Assembly (NCBI GenBank): GCA_947629165.1
Contig: CANRCR010000001.1
Coordinates: forward strand, 191,297 to 255,296
Direction of reading: 5' to 3'
Source of the DNA: an uncultured Bacilli bacterium
Lineage (GTDB): Bacteria; Bacillota_I; Bacilli_A; RF39; UBA660
Length of the DNA stretch: 64,000 bases
The position numbers and the translations under genes are program-made. The notes below the pieces were generated by a model. The model was given only the letters and a program-made list of their open reading frames with translations, had not been told where the DNA came from and made no database searches. Shown here piece after piece: positions 18,835 through 29,126 of this stretch. Each line of letters begins with the position of its first letter. Position 1 is the stretch's first letter.

Positions 18835-20124
18835 TTAATTTTGAACTTTTTCTAGAACTGTTCCCTTCGCTATTTTATTGGCTACTGAATTTAATTGAAC
18901 CATGACTAATGTTTCACTTGGATAAACTCCTTCCACTTCAACTTTTAAATAATTGGAAGTATGCCCTACACTTTTTCCATCTTGATTGGTTTCAATTAAA
19001 ACTTCTAATTTCTTTCCTATAAATTTTTGATAATAGGCATCTTCTAGTTGATTCGATAGTTCCCCAAGTCTTTTAGCTCGATCTTTTTTTATCTTTTCAT
19101 CGACTTGGTTCTCCATCGAAGCCGCTTTTGTTCCGTTTCGTTTCGAGTATGGGAAGACATGTATCTTAGCACAATTAATTTCCTTACAAAAATTCATTGT
19201 CTCAATAAAATCTTCTTCGGTCTCTTCGGGGAATCCTACAATTACATCGGTTGTAAGCGCGATATCGGGACGAATTTTTCGTATTTCGGCTACTTTATCA
19301 TAAAATTCATTCTTGTTATATTTTCGATTCATTAATTTTAATATTTTATCACTTCCTGCTTGAAGTGGAATATGTAAGTGATTAGCAATCTTCGGTGAAT
19401 CTTTTAATACTTGTAAAACGTTTTCATTTAATTCGGTTATTTCAATTGAGGAAATACGAATACGATGTAGGCCTTCGATATTTACCATTTCTTTTAGTAA
19501 AGATGCAAAGTCGGTATCGATATCCGTTCCATAATTTCCTGTGTGAATACCCGTTAATACGACTTCCTGATAGCCGTTTTGAACTAATTTTTTAATTTCT
19601 TTGATAACCGTTTCCTTTTTCTTACTCCGACATTTTCCTCTTACGTAAGGAATAATACAGTAACTACAGAAATTATCGCATCCATCTTGAATTTTTACAA
19701 AGGCTCTCGTTCGTCCTTCGAAGCGCGTGATTTCCATATCTTCAAAAGGAACATTTCTATTTTTATACAAAGAACGAATCATTTCTCTTTTTTGAAACCA
19801 TTCTTTTAAATAGGTAACTATTTGGGTCTTGTTCTTGGTTCCAATATAAATATCTACGCCTGGAATATTTAAATCTTGATTTGCTTCAATAAAACATCCC
19901 ATGACTACAATACAGGCATCTTTGTTTCGACGAATCGCTTGGCGAATGATTTTACGATCTTTCGCATCACTTTGATTGGTTACTGTACAGGTATTAATAA
20001 TATATATATCGCAATAATCATCGAAAGAAGCTATTTCGTAACCATTTTCTTCTAATAAACTGCGAATGTATTCACTTTCATAAAGATTGACTTTACATCC
20101 TAACGTACAAATGCCTACTTTCAT
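18835..20124 (-). CDS. mtaB: tRNA t6A37 methylthiotransferase MtaB
   Basis: TLGCKVNLYES, NTCTVT, QDGCDNFCSYC radical SAM motif, HVFPYSKRNGT. Confidence 0.95.
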   Translation of the reverse strand: MKVGICTLGCKVNLYESEYIRSLLEENGYEIASFDDYCDIYIINTCTVTNQSDAKDRKIIRQAIRRNKDACIVVMGCFIEANQDLNIPGVDIYIGTKNKTQIVTYLKEWFQKREMIRSLYKNRNVPFEDMEITRFEGRTRAFVKIQDGCDNFCSYCIIPYVRGKCRSKKKETVIKEIKKLVQNGYQEVVLTGIHTGNYGTDIDTDFASLLKEMVNIEGLHRIRISSIEITELNENVLQVLKDSPKIANHLHIPLQAGSDKILKLMNRKYNKNEFYDKVAEIRKIRPDIALTTDVIVGFPEETEEDFIETMNFCKEINCAKIHVFPYSKRNGTKAASMENQVDEKIKKDRAKRLGELSNQLEDAYYQKFIGKKLEVLIETNQDGKSVGHTSNYLKVEVEGVYPSETLVMVQLNSVANKIAKGTVLEKVQN

Positions 20125-20206
20125 TCTATTTCCTTCTTTCATCGTATTTTTATTATATCATGGCTTTTCATTTAAGCCAATAAAAAGAACCTTTTGGTTC
20201 CTTTAA

Positions 20207-20587
20207 TTACTCATTTACGCGTGATAAAAATGGATTATGGGAAAGATTTCCTCTTATCGGTTGAATTTCATATACTTTTCCTTTCGCTTCGTTATTTAAT
20301 AATTGTTCTTTCTGTTTTACTAAATCATCTCTTCGACGTACATATTGACCATATTTAAAACTAATTTCAAGTATTTTACGTGTTCTTTTATCTTCTTCTT
20401 GTTCTAGTTCGTCAAATTGTTGATCTTTTATTTGCGTTAAACTTTCTTTTTCTTCTTTTAACATCATCAATTGTATATCATATGTTCGATTGTATAAATT
20501 TGATCTTTCCTCATCCATTTTTTCGATTGCTAACGTTAAATTTGTAATTTCTTCTTCTATTTGTTTGATTTGTTCTTCGACTGTCAT
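20207..20587 (-). CDS. hypothetical coiled-coil protein
   Basis: 126-aa heptad-rich ORF with GAGGAG RBS, 1 nt after the upstream gene; followed by a terminator at 20181-20204. Confidence 0.7.
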   Translation of the reverse strand: MTVEEQIKQIEEEITNLTLAIEKMDEERSNLYNRTYDIQLMMLKEEKESLTQIKDQQFDELEQEEDKRTRKILEISFKYGQYVRRRDDLVKQKEQLLNNEAKGKVYEIQPIRGNLSHNPFLSRVNE

Positions 20588-20588
20588 T

Positions 20589-21266
20589 TTATTCTCCTCT
20601 TTTCAAAATCATCACTGGTCTTTTTACTTTTTGGATGTTTTTTTGTTTCTTTGCTTGTTCCATTGAAGCATTTTGTTTTACCTCTTTTAATTCTTCTGGG
20701 AAATGGATTTCAATATGATCTTCCATTTTCTGAATTCCTGTCGTTATATCTGTTTTTAATGATTTTAATTGTTCGTATCGAGATGCGAGTCCTTCGTGTT
20801 GTTTTTCTTTAACTTTAATTTTTTCTACAAGATTATTCATTTCTTTTTGACATTGTTGGTCATAATGTCTTGGAAGAGCATCAAAACGGGCTTCTTCTTG
20901 TAAATTAATAGTACGTCCCAAATATAGACCACCCGTAAGTGTAATTCCAATTCCTAATATTACCGGAATAATTTTGGGCGATAGGATTACGGCTCCTAAA
21001 GCACCTAATATCGTTATAACCGATACTACGTTTATACCTGATTTTAATATTTTGTTTAACCTTTTCTTTTTATAAAGTGCATTATAATTATCGATTTCTG
21101 ATTGAAAACGAAACAATTCATTTTGTAATCCTAAACATTCATTTTCATTTTCTTGCTTTTCTTTTTGGGCTACTTTTAATTTTGAATCTACGGTTGTCAA
21201 TTCACTTTTACAGCGTTCTAGGAAATTGATACATAAATAGAAATTTTCATTCCAGTTCCAATGCAT
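20589..21266 (-). CDS. hypothetical coiled-coil protein with central two-TM hairpin
   Basis: Coiled coil, hydrophobic hairpin, coiled coil; AGGGGG RBS and TGGTATAAT promoter at ~21296-21304. Confidence 0.75.
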   Translation of the reverse strand: MHWNWNENFYLCINFLERCKSELTTVDSKLKVAQKEKQENENECLGLQNELFRFQSEIDNYNALYKKKRLNKILKSGINVVSVITILGALGAVILSPKIIPVILGIGITLTGGLYLGRTINLQEEARFDALPRHYDQQCQKEMNNLVEKIKVKEKQHEGLASRYEQLKSLKTDITTGIQKMEDHIEIHFPEELKEVKQNASMEQAKKQKNIQKVKRPVMILKRGE

Positions 21267-21336
21267 TTGTATTCCCCCTTTTTATATGTGCTTGATTATA
21301 CCACAAAAAAAGAAATTCGTCAAGAATTTCTTCCTT

Positions 21337-22260
21337 TTAGCGATTTAATAAAAATAATTCAAAGCCTATATTTTGATAGGTGGTTCCCTGTTTTATTGCT
21401 TCATCTAAATCAGCAAGTTCAGTAATTATATCTAGTAATTCTTTTTCTAAATATCCTCTTTCTTTTTCTAATGCTAATTTTACTCGATAAGGATGCACTT
21501 TTAAAAGAGAGGCAATCTCATTTTCTTTTTTTCCTTCGTTATGCCAAACTTTTACTTGGTAAAGAAGATGAAATTGATTGGCCACTAAAACGAGTATTTT
21601 TAATGGTTCTTCGTTATGACTTAAAAGTTCCTGATATATTTGATACGATTTTTCTTTTTTACGATTTACAATAGCATCGACTAAATCAAATATATTATCG
21701 TCCAACCAAGGAGATACTACTTCTTCGATATCTTTTTGTGTAATCTTTTTTTGATCGTAGCAATACAACTTTAACTTTTCACATTCATGAACAAGTTTTT
21801 CGTAATTGTTCCCACATCGATTAATCAAGTACATTCGGTCTGATGGTGTTATTTCATAATCCTCTAATGCTTCCGTTACTAACGTTTTAGGATTTACTTC
21901 TAGGGTTGGATGTTCACTTACTTTTAGTAATTTTTTTACAATCTTTTTCCGTTCATCTAATTTATTACACGTTAGTACTAAAATATTGCTGGGATTCGGA
22001 TGATCGATATATTTCTCTAACTGATCGAGGGATATTTCCTTTTTTCCTTCCGCCGTTAAGAATTGTGCATTACTTGCAACGACTAGTTTTGATGTCATCC
22101 AAAGATCAAATGTATCGAGGGCTTCTAAAACATTTTCTAGCGGAGATTCTGTTAAATCAAAAGGAATATATTCGTAGTCCTTATACTGTTTTTTTAGTGA
22201 TTCTATTTTACGATTGATTAGAAAGGAATCTTCTCCTGTTAAAAGATAGATAAGGGGCAT
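21337..22260 (-). CDS. holA: DNA polymerase III subunit delta
   Basis: IYLLTGEDSFLI, ECEKLKLY, DNIFDLVDAI, LKVHPYRVKLA. Confidence 0.93.
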   Translation of the reverse strand: MPLIYLLTGEDSFLINRKIESLKKQYKDYEYIPFDLTESPLENVLEALDTFDLWMTSKLVVASNAQFLTAEGKKEISLDQLEKYIDHPNPSNILVLTCNKLDERKKIVKKLLKVSEHPTLEVNPKTLVTEALEDYEITPSDRMYLINRCGNNYEKLVHECEKLKLYCYDQKKITQKDIEEVVSPWLDDNIFDLVDAIVNRKKEKSYQIYQELLSHNEEPLKILVLVANQFHLLYQVKVWHNEGKKENEIASLLKVHPYRVKLALEKERGYLEKELLDIITELADLDEAIKQGTTYQNIGFELFLLNR

Positions 22261-22269
22261 CGAAATCAC

Positions 22270-24951
22270 CTACTTTATTTGTGTTTTAATCGATTCAATA
22301 ATTTCTTCGATAAATTCGCTTGTCTTTCCTGCTCCTTGCGCAAAAGTATTACTTCCTCCACCATTTCCTAAAGATTTCGTAGCGGCCATTTTTACCATTT
22401 CTCCGGCACTTAATTCGATATTACTTCGCGCAATGAAATTTACATTATCGCCATTTACATTGGCAATAAAGATAAATCCTTTTCCTAAACGATTTAATAA
22501 TTCGTCGACAATTCCTTTTAATAGTTTAAAATCTTTTCCTTCTGTCTTCATTAAAATGACTTGTTTTTCATTTATTGTCTCTTGTTTTTCAAGGAATTCT
22601 GTCAAATCTTCTTTCGCTTGTTCTTGTTTTTTAGCTTGATATGTTTTTTCTAATTCTTTTACTTCATCTTGAACGTATTCAAGTTCGTTTTGAATATAGA
22701 TAATATCTTTGTATGAAGATGGCGTGTCGTTGGTTATATCGACATCAAATGAAAGGGTAATACCTTCTTCTTTCGCTTGATTAAGAATGTTTTTAGCTTT
22801 CATAAGTAATTTTACGATTTCGTCTGTGTAAGGTTTTGTTGTCTCAAGTAACGCTTTTTCCACCCGATCTTTCGTTACCAATTCAATTCGGTAAACATTA
22901 CTACCTTTGCTTTCTACTAATTTTATAGCAAAACGTTCGATATCACGGGTATTTTTTACATGGGTTCCTCCACAAAGTTCTTTGGAATCAGCAATCGTTA
23001 CCACACGCACTTTATCGCCATATTTTTCATTGAATAAGGCCATGGCTCCCGTTTTCTTGGCATCTTCTTTCGACATAATTTCGGTTCTTGTCTCAAATTG
23101 ACCTGCAATAATATCGTTTACCTGTTGTTCTACTTCGATTACTTCATCATCTAGTAATTTACCGGTATAAGTAAAATCAAACCGGGCACCTAAATCGTCA
23201 ACATAGCTTCCTGCTTGATGAATACGATCTGAGATGACTTGTTGTAATGCATATTGTAATAAGTGAACGGAACTATGATTTGCTTCAATTCGTTTTCTTC
23301 GCTCCAAATCGATAATCATTTCGACTTCATCGTCTTTTTTCATGGTTCCATCTAGTATTTTAACTTTATGAAGATGTTGTCCGTTCGGGGCCTTCGTAAC
23401 ATCGAGAACGCGCGCTTTAAAATTCTTTCCTATCATCATACCGGTATCGGCTACTTGTCCACCGGATGTCGCATAGAAACAAGTTTCATCTACGACGACA
23501 TAACCTTCTTTCGAAAGTTCGTCGACTTCTTTATCCTCTTGTAATAAGTACATTACTTTCCCTTTGTTTTTGTAGGTTTGATAAAGGAACGTCGATGGGA
23601 TTTGTAAATTGAGCAGACTTTCGTTTTGAAGATTCATACTTGCATCTTTTTTGCGATTATTTTTAGCAAGTTGCTTCTGTTCTTCCATATAATGATCGAA
23701 TTCTTCTTTCGAAGTCGTAAAACCTTTTTCTTCGAGATATTCTAAAGTCAATTCGAAAGGGAACCCATAAGTATCATACAATTTGAAAGCATCGAGTCCA
23801 GATATGGTATGGTCACTTGATTCGTCCATTAATTCGTATAATCTTCTTTCTCCTTGGGCTAACGTTTTATGGAAAAGTTGCTCTTCTTCGTATACGAGCG
23901 TCTTTACATAGCCTTTTGTTTCAACGAGTGCTGGATAACTTTCTTTCATATTTTCAACGACGGTTTCCACTAATTGATACATAAATGGTTGGGTGAGACC
24001 AAGTTTTTTTCCAAAACGAACACTTCTTCGAAGTAATCTTCTTAACACATATCCTCGTCCAACGTTTTCGAAAATGGCACCATCCGACAAAGCCATCGTA
24101 ATTGCCCGAATATGATCCGCAATTACTTTAAATGCCATGTCGCCGTTATAGAGTACACCACTTAATTTTTCGATATGTTCGATGATAGGAACAAATAAAT
24201 CGGTATCAAAATTGGAATCTACATCTTGAAAAATACATGCCCAACGTTCTAGTCCTGCACCAGTATCGATGTTTTTATGTGGTAATTCTTGATAATCTTC
24301 TCTTTTTACTCCACTTTTCGCATTAAATTGACTAAATACGTTGTTCCAAATTTCAACGTAGCGATCTTGGTCTTCATCGTTTTTAAATTTTTCTAAGGCA
24401 TCGTGATTGGGATCGTATTTTTCTCCTCGATCGTAAAATATTTCACTATCGGGTCCACAAGGGCCTTCCCCTATTTCCCAAAAGTTTCCTTCGAGTGGAA
24501 CAATGTGATCTTCCATCAAACCTTGTTTTAACCATTCTTTCTTCGCATCGAGGTCATTCGTATAAATCGTGACATAGAGTTTCTCTTTGGGGATTCCAAA
24601 CCATTCTTCACTCGTTAATAATTCGTAAGCATAGGCAATAGCTTCCTCTTTAAAATAATCTCCTATCGAGAAATTCCCCATCATTTCAAAGAACGTTTGA
24701 TGTCTCGTCGTTTTTCCAACGTTTTCAATGTCGTTGGTACGAATACATTTTTGAACATTAACAATTCGTTTATTATCCGGAATAACACTTCCATCAAAAT
24801 ATTTTTTTAATGGGGTGACTCCCGCATTAATCCATAAAAGGGAATCATCATCGATGGGGATTAAAGGAGCACTTTCCATCTTTTCATGTCCTTTGCTTTC
24901 AAAAAATTGATACCATTTATTTCGAATTTCAGTACTAGTCATTTTTTTCAT
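22270..24951 (-). CDS. alaS: alanine--tRNA ligase
   Basis: HQTFFEMMGNFS, IDTGAGLER, GRGYVLRRLLRR, editing HxxxH and ELCGGTHV, C-terminal GGG...AQG. Confidence 0.98.
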   Translation of the reverse strand: MKKMTSTEIRNKWYQFFESKGHEKMESAPLIPIDDDSLLWINAGVTPLKKYFDGSVIPDNKRIVNVQKCIRTNDIENVGKTTRHQTFFEMMGNFSIGDYFKEEAIAYAYELLTSEEWFGIPKEKLYVTIYTNDLDAKKEWLKQGLMEDHIVPLEGNFWEIGEGPCGPDSEIFYDRGEKYDPNHDALEKFKNDEDQDRYVEIWNNVFSQFNAKSGVKREDYQELPHKNIDTGAGLERWACIFQDVDSNFDTDLFVPIIEHIEKLSGVLYNGDMAFKVIADHIRAITMALSDGAIFENVGRGYVLRRLLRRSVRFGKKLGLTQPFMYQLVETVVENMKESYPALVETKGYVKTLVYEEEQLFHKTLAQGERRLYELMDESSDHTISGLDAFKLYDTYGFPFELTLEYLEEKGFTTSKEEFDHYMEEQKQLAKNNRKKDASMNLQNESLLNLQIPSTFLYQTYKNKGKVMYLLQEDKEVDELSKEGYVVVDETCFYATSGGQVADTGMMIGKNFKARVLDVTKAPNGQHLHKVKILDGTMKKDDEVEMIIDLERRKRIEANHSSVHLLQYALQQVISDRIHQAGSYVDDLGARFDFTYTGKLLDDEVIEVEQQVNDIIAGQFETRTEIMSKEDAKKTGAMALFNEKYGDKVRVVTIADSKELCGGTHVKNTRDIERFAIKLVESKGSNVYRIELVTKDRVEKALLETTKPYTDEIVKLLMKAKNILNQAKEEGITLSFDVDITNDTPSSYKDIIYIQNELEYVQDEVKELEKTYQAKKQEQAKEDLTEFLEKQETINEKQVILMKTEGKDFKLLKGIVDELLNRLGKGFIFIANVNGDNVNFIARSNIELSAGEMVKMAATKSLGNGGGSNTFAQGAGKTSEFIEEIIESIKTQIK

Positions 24952-25492
24952 CTTTATACTCCTCTTTTCTAACGATTGCTTCGGCTGTTTTATTCAATTC
25001 CTCCAAAGTCGTATTTTCGACCTTATAATCAAAATTTTGATATTGATCAAGCGCAACTTCAGTCCAATGTAATCGTTGCTTTTCATTTAATTTTGTTTCG
25101 ATAAAATTACTTCGATGAATGTGTATACTGGTTACATTTTCAAAGTTATTTTTCATTGTTTCAATTTCGAGTGGTAGGCGAACATCCGTAATGATAAATA
25201 CATCATAAAAGTGGTTTAATATTTCGATATCTTCGATGGCACGATCAATTAAAAAATAGGGTTTATTTAATTTTTCACGGATAATTTCTTGCCCTAACTT
25301 TTGTAGTAGTTCACGTGGCTTTTGCTCCTTTTCTTGATCCCACCCAAAATAGGTATAGGCATAGTATTTTAAATAAGCACTAAAATGCATGATACAACAT
25401 TTTTTACCTCTTTTTTCGTATTCGTCTTTAAGATAAGATCCGAGCGTATCTTTTCCGTGCTCTGCTTTACCACTAATCAAATATATTTTCAT
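24935..25492 (-). CDS. P-loop NMP-kinase-fold protein (phage dNMP kinase / animal-type phosphomevalonate kinase-like)
   Basis: ISGKAEHGKDT P-loop, F(S)AxLK, PRELLQKLG, IITDVR, HxTE motifs. Confidence 0.75.
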   Translation of the reverse strand: MKIYLISGKAEHGKDTLGSYLKDEYEKRGKKCCIMHFSAYLKYYAYTYFGWDQEKEQKPRELLQKLGQEIIREKLNKPYFLIDRAIEDIEILNHFYDVFIITDVRLPLEIETMKNNFENVTSIHIHRSNFIETKLNEKQRLHWTEVALDQYQNFDYKVENTTLEELNKTAEAIVRKEEYKDEKND

Positions 25493-25504
25493 AACGGCTC
25501 CTTT

Positions 25505-25700
25505 CTAGCAAAGAAAAGACCTAAATAGGAGTGCCTATTTGGCACGGTACCATCCTAATTAGATCTTAATTCTAAATAACGGTTTAACCCGGGAGTTTTG
25601 CTCCACTCAGAAGTAGCATTTCATAAAGTCTCTTTGCAAAGATTACACCTTTTCTTCGCTCTCTATAAAAGTTAAACTTTACTACTTTTCTTCTTCAACG
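25505..25700 (-). promoter_or_regulatory. T-box riboswitch (Ala)
   Basis: AGGATGGTACCGTG T-box (25543-25556), AGAGAG/GGTGTAA stem I, specifier GCT at 25615-25617, CCGTTA motif. Confidence 0.82.
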
Positions 25701-26857
25701 TTTTTTCTTCCATTTTCTTCGTTGATGCGATCCATGAAATGATATTTTTCATTGAGAAATTGAAAAATTAATTTTCCGGTCGATATCAAAGGTGTGGCAA
25801 CAATCATACCTATTATACCAAAGTAGTATCCAAAAATCAATAAGCCCATCATAATTGTTACCGGATGTAATTTCATCGTTTTTCCCATTACGATCGGTTG
25901 TAAAAAATAGTTTTCAAGGGTTTGACATACAAGGACGGACACTAACGTTAAAAAGCCGACCATCGGATTAATGGTAAAGGCAATTAAGACAACCGGTACG
26001 CCTCCAATCCAAGGTCCGATGTATGGAATAATATCGGTAATGGCACAAAATAATCCAAAAACTAAAGGGGCATTCATTCCGGCGAGGGTTAAGCCAATCG
26101 ATTGGAATATAAATAGAATACCTGCTATCAAAAGAGTTCCTTGAATAAAACTTCTTAAAATACGATTAAGTTGATCGACTAATCGGGCAGCCTCTTTATG
26201 ATATTTTTTTGGAATGAATGTAAAGAGATGCTTTCGAACGTTTTGAAAGTCAAATAACATATAAAAGCCAACGATAATTCCAAAGATGAGGTTAACTCCT
26301 CCACTAATAATATTACTTACTATGTTCATTGTCAATGTCGGAAGTGAAGTAGCTAAATCGGTTCCAAATTTATTCATGGTATCAAATATTTGCAGTTTTA
26401 TATCCGTTAAGTCATATCCGCTCATATGCGATAAATTTACGAATAATTGATCGATCATCTTTGTTCCATTTTCAATTAAAGTAGGTATCGAAGATGCCAC
26501 TTCATTAATTTGTTCCGTCAAAGAAGGATAAATTAAATAACCTAAGAAACCTAATCCCCCTAATACTAGGATAAATACGAGCATGGTTCCTAATATCCGG
26601 TTAACTCCTTTTTTCTTTAACCAACTGACGGCTGGGTCAAGTAACCAAGCAATGGCAAAACCGATAAATAATGGCGATAAAATAGATAATATATTTTTAA
26701 TAAATTCAAAAACATGCCATGAATGGAAAAGCGAAGTTACAATATAAATTAATAGGGCTGCAATTAAAACGAAAACAATCTTTAATATATTTTTCGAAAG
26801 ATGAATAACTTCATTGACTTCTTCGATATCAACTTCTTTTTTTGATTTCCAAAACAT
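25682..26857 (-). CDS. AI-2E family transporter (YrrI-like)
   Basis: Multi-TM, PLFIGFAIAWLLDP, IIPYIGPWIG, LQPIVMGKTMKLHP; upstream of alaS like yrrI. An alternative GTG start is at 26866. Confidence 0.92.
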   Translation of the reverse strand: MFWKSKKEVDIEEVNEVIHLSKNILKIVFVLIAALLIYIVTSLFHSWHVFEFIKNILSILSPLFIGFAIAWLLDPAVSWLKKKGVNRILGTMLVFILVLGGLGFLGYLIYPSLTEQINEVASSIPTLIENGTKMIDQLFVNLSHMSGYDLTDIKLQIFDTMNKFGTDLATSLPTLTMNIVSNIISGGVNLIFGIIVGFYMLFDFQNVRKHLFTFIPKKYHKEAARLVDQLNRILRSFIQGTLLIAGILFIFQSIGLTLAGMNAPLVFGLFCAITDIIPYIGPWIGGVPVVLIAFTINPMVGFLTLVSVLVCQTLENYFLQPIVMGKTMKLHPVTIMMGLLIFGYYFGIIGMIVATPLISTGKLIFQFLNEKYHFMDRINEENGRKNVEEEK

Positions 26858-26971
26858 ATTGTTCACTTCCTATCTATTTCAATGTGTTCTATTATACTAT
26901 ATCATTTTTTTAATTTTAAATACATTACTTTTTTGTTTTTAAAAAGAAAAGCATCTTTTAGATGCTTCTTA

Positions 26972-28408
26972 TTATAATACTAATAAGGTTAATAGGCAAC
27001 ATAAGATGCAACTTAACATTACCGTTACAAAATTAACCATTCCATTGGTTAGAAATTGATATCCTGATATTTTTTTGATACCTTTCATATTTTTAGGACG
27101 TTTCTCAAGCACAACTCCTTTTGCTTCATCGTAGTATTTTGCTTGTAGGAATACACCAAAGATACTGTCGATAATCGATGTGAAGAATCCAAATCCTAAT
27201 ACCAATAAGAATCGTACGACGATATTTTCTCCTGGTGCTAATAAACTAAAGGTTGCAATGAGTAGGGCTCCAAGGAATGCTCCTAAAGTACCTAATTGAG
27301 TAACTCCACCACTTTCTCCTTTTGGCAAAGGTTTACCTGATAGAATTGAACGTACTTTTTGTTTTGAATAGTATCCAATTCCACTACTCCACGTATCAGC
27401 TGTAGCACCGGCGATGGCTACAAAAATAGCAATTAAAGCAACTTCGCTTTGCGTATACGCATACATAATAGCAAATAGTAAAACGGCTAATCCATCTTCT
27501 TCTACTTGCGTTAGATTCCGTTGTTTCTCTTTTAATGGCTTTTTGTGTCCATGTTCGATTACCATCGAAGTCAAATAGAAAAGTAATAGGCAACCATAAG
27601 GAACGGGTCCCGCTAAAATATAAATAGCACTTCCCATTAGTAATGAACAGAAAGCAGCCCCTGGCGATAAAGCCTTCGTTAACATTACGATGAATATAAT
27701 GACACTGGTAATGGTAATAGCTAATGCCATCGGTTCAAACCAAGGTGCTTCTACTAATAAATAGGTATAAAGTGCTACCCCAATCGGAACCAAAAAGTTA
27801 TCCGTTCCTCCAGGTGCAAATAATTCTACCATCGTAGCAAATACAGAAATGTATAGTGCAAGGGTTGCAATTTGTTGGGTTGGGAAAGAATATTGTAATA
27901 AGACGGTTATAATTAAGAAAGTTACAAATAACATCGTGAAACTTCCTTCAGCAGACTTATTACGAACACCAAATTTATGTTTTCCAAAATATTCTCCAAC
28001 GAGGGTTGCTAATCCATCTCCATAACCTAACGTTAAGATAGCAATGGCTCCAATATACATATAATATGTATTTTGGAAGAAATAGATTGATAACGTTAAT
28101 AAGGCTAATGCATACCAAACGGAACCCATATGCCGTTTTGATTTATCGGTCGCTTCTATTCCAGGGACGAAGTGGAACCGATAGTTACAACAATTTAAGA
28201 TAACTAGTAAAGCCGGTATTACACTCGCAAATATAAAATTGTCGAAGTATATCCACGCTACTAACCACCAATTACATAGTCCGATGTGGACAAAGCTTTT
28301 GCTTTCTTCACTCGTGAACTTCTTTTTCTTGTAGCAAAATGATGCAAGTCCTGCGACTACTATAATATAGATAGCCGACATAATTAATCCTAGCCAATTG
28401 TTTGACAT
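26972..28408 (-). CDS. phytol/dolichol kinase-like domain fused to DUF92 (TMEM19/VTE6-like) domain
   Basis: N-half: KSFVHIG, LGYGDGLATLVG..FG, KSAEGS, GTDNFLVP. C-half: RNLTQV..DG, ATADTWSSGIG, GESGGVTQLGT, IDSIFGVFLQAKY, NGMVNF. Confidence 0.88.
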   Translation of the reverse strand: MSNNWLGLIMSAIYIIVVAGLASFCYKKKKFTSEESKSFVHIGLCNWWLVAWIYFDNFIFASVIPALLVILNCCNYRFHFVPGIEATDKSKRHMGSVWYALALLTLSIYFFQNTYYMYIGAIAILTLGYGDGLATLVGEYFGKHKFGVRNKSAEGSFTMLFVTFLIITVLLQYSFPTQQIATLALYISVFATMVELFAPGGTDNFLVPIGVALYTYLLVEAPWFEPMALAITITSVIIFIVMLTKALSPGAAFCSLLMGSAIYILAGPVPYGCLLLFYLTSMVIEHGHKKPLKEKQRNLTQVEEDGLAVLLFAIMYAYTQSEVALIAIFVAIAGATADTWSSGIGYYSKQKVRSILSGKPLPKGESGGVTQLGTLGAFLGALLIATFSLLAPGENIVVRFLLVLGFGFFTSIIDSIFGVFLQAKYYDEAKGVVLEKRPKNMKGIKKISGYQFLTNGMVNFVTVMLSCILCCLLTLLVL

Positions 28409-28489
28409 TCTAATATCACTCCCTATTATCTTTATGATAACACAAAATAGAAAAAAAGAACATCTTTTTTTAATGTTCTTTTTATTTTT

Positions 28490-29044
28490 TTAAACGGTCA
28501 TGAGTTCTTCTTCTTTTTCTTTCAATTTATTTTCAACGACTTTGTTATATTCATCCGTTAAATTTTGAATCTCTTTTTCTTTTCCTTTTTGATCATCTTC
28601 CGATCCATCCATTTTTTCAATTTCTTTCATAGCATCTTGACGAATATTACGAATGGCTACTTTGGCTTCTTCGGCGAGTGATTTTACTTGCTTGATTAAA
28701 TCTTTTCTTCGCTCTTCGGTTAACGCAGGAATAATAATACGTACAGTTTCTCCATCATTGTTTGGCGTAAGTCCTAAATTGGATGCTAAAATCGCTTTTT
28801 CGATTGCCGATAAACAACTTTTATCAAAAGGTTTAATTAGAAGTTGTCTAGCTTCTGGTACTGAAATCATAGCTAATTGCTTTAAAGGGGTCATATTTCC
28901 ATAATATTCTACCATAATTCCATCGAGCACATTTGGATTTGCTCTTCCAGCTCTTACTGTAATAAAACGTTTTTCTAAATTTTCAATGGATAGCATCATT
29001 TTGTTTTTGGTGTTTTGCGTTATTGAATCATTCATTTTTTCCAT
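28490..29044 (-). CDS. frr: ribosome recycling factor
   Basis: VRAGRANP, GLTPNNDG, PALTEERRK, KVAIRNIR. Confidence 0.97.
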   Translation of the reverse strand: MEKMNDSITQNTKNKMMLSIENLEKRFITVRAGRANPNVLDGIMVEYYGNMTPLKQLAMISVPEARQLLIKPFDKSCLSAIEKAILASNLGLTPNNDGETVRIIIPALTEERRKDLIKQVKSLAEEAKVAIRNIRQDAMKEIEKMDGSEDDQKGKEKEIQNLTDEYNKVVENKLKEKEEELMTV

Positions 29045-29126
29045 CTCTCCTTATAGTATTATTGTACTTTTATTTTTTTGTTTTGACAAGATACTTTTCC
29101 AAAAAGAAAAAAGAGTTCAAACTCTT

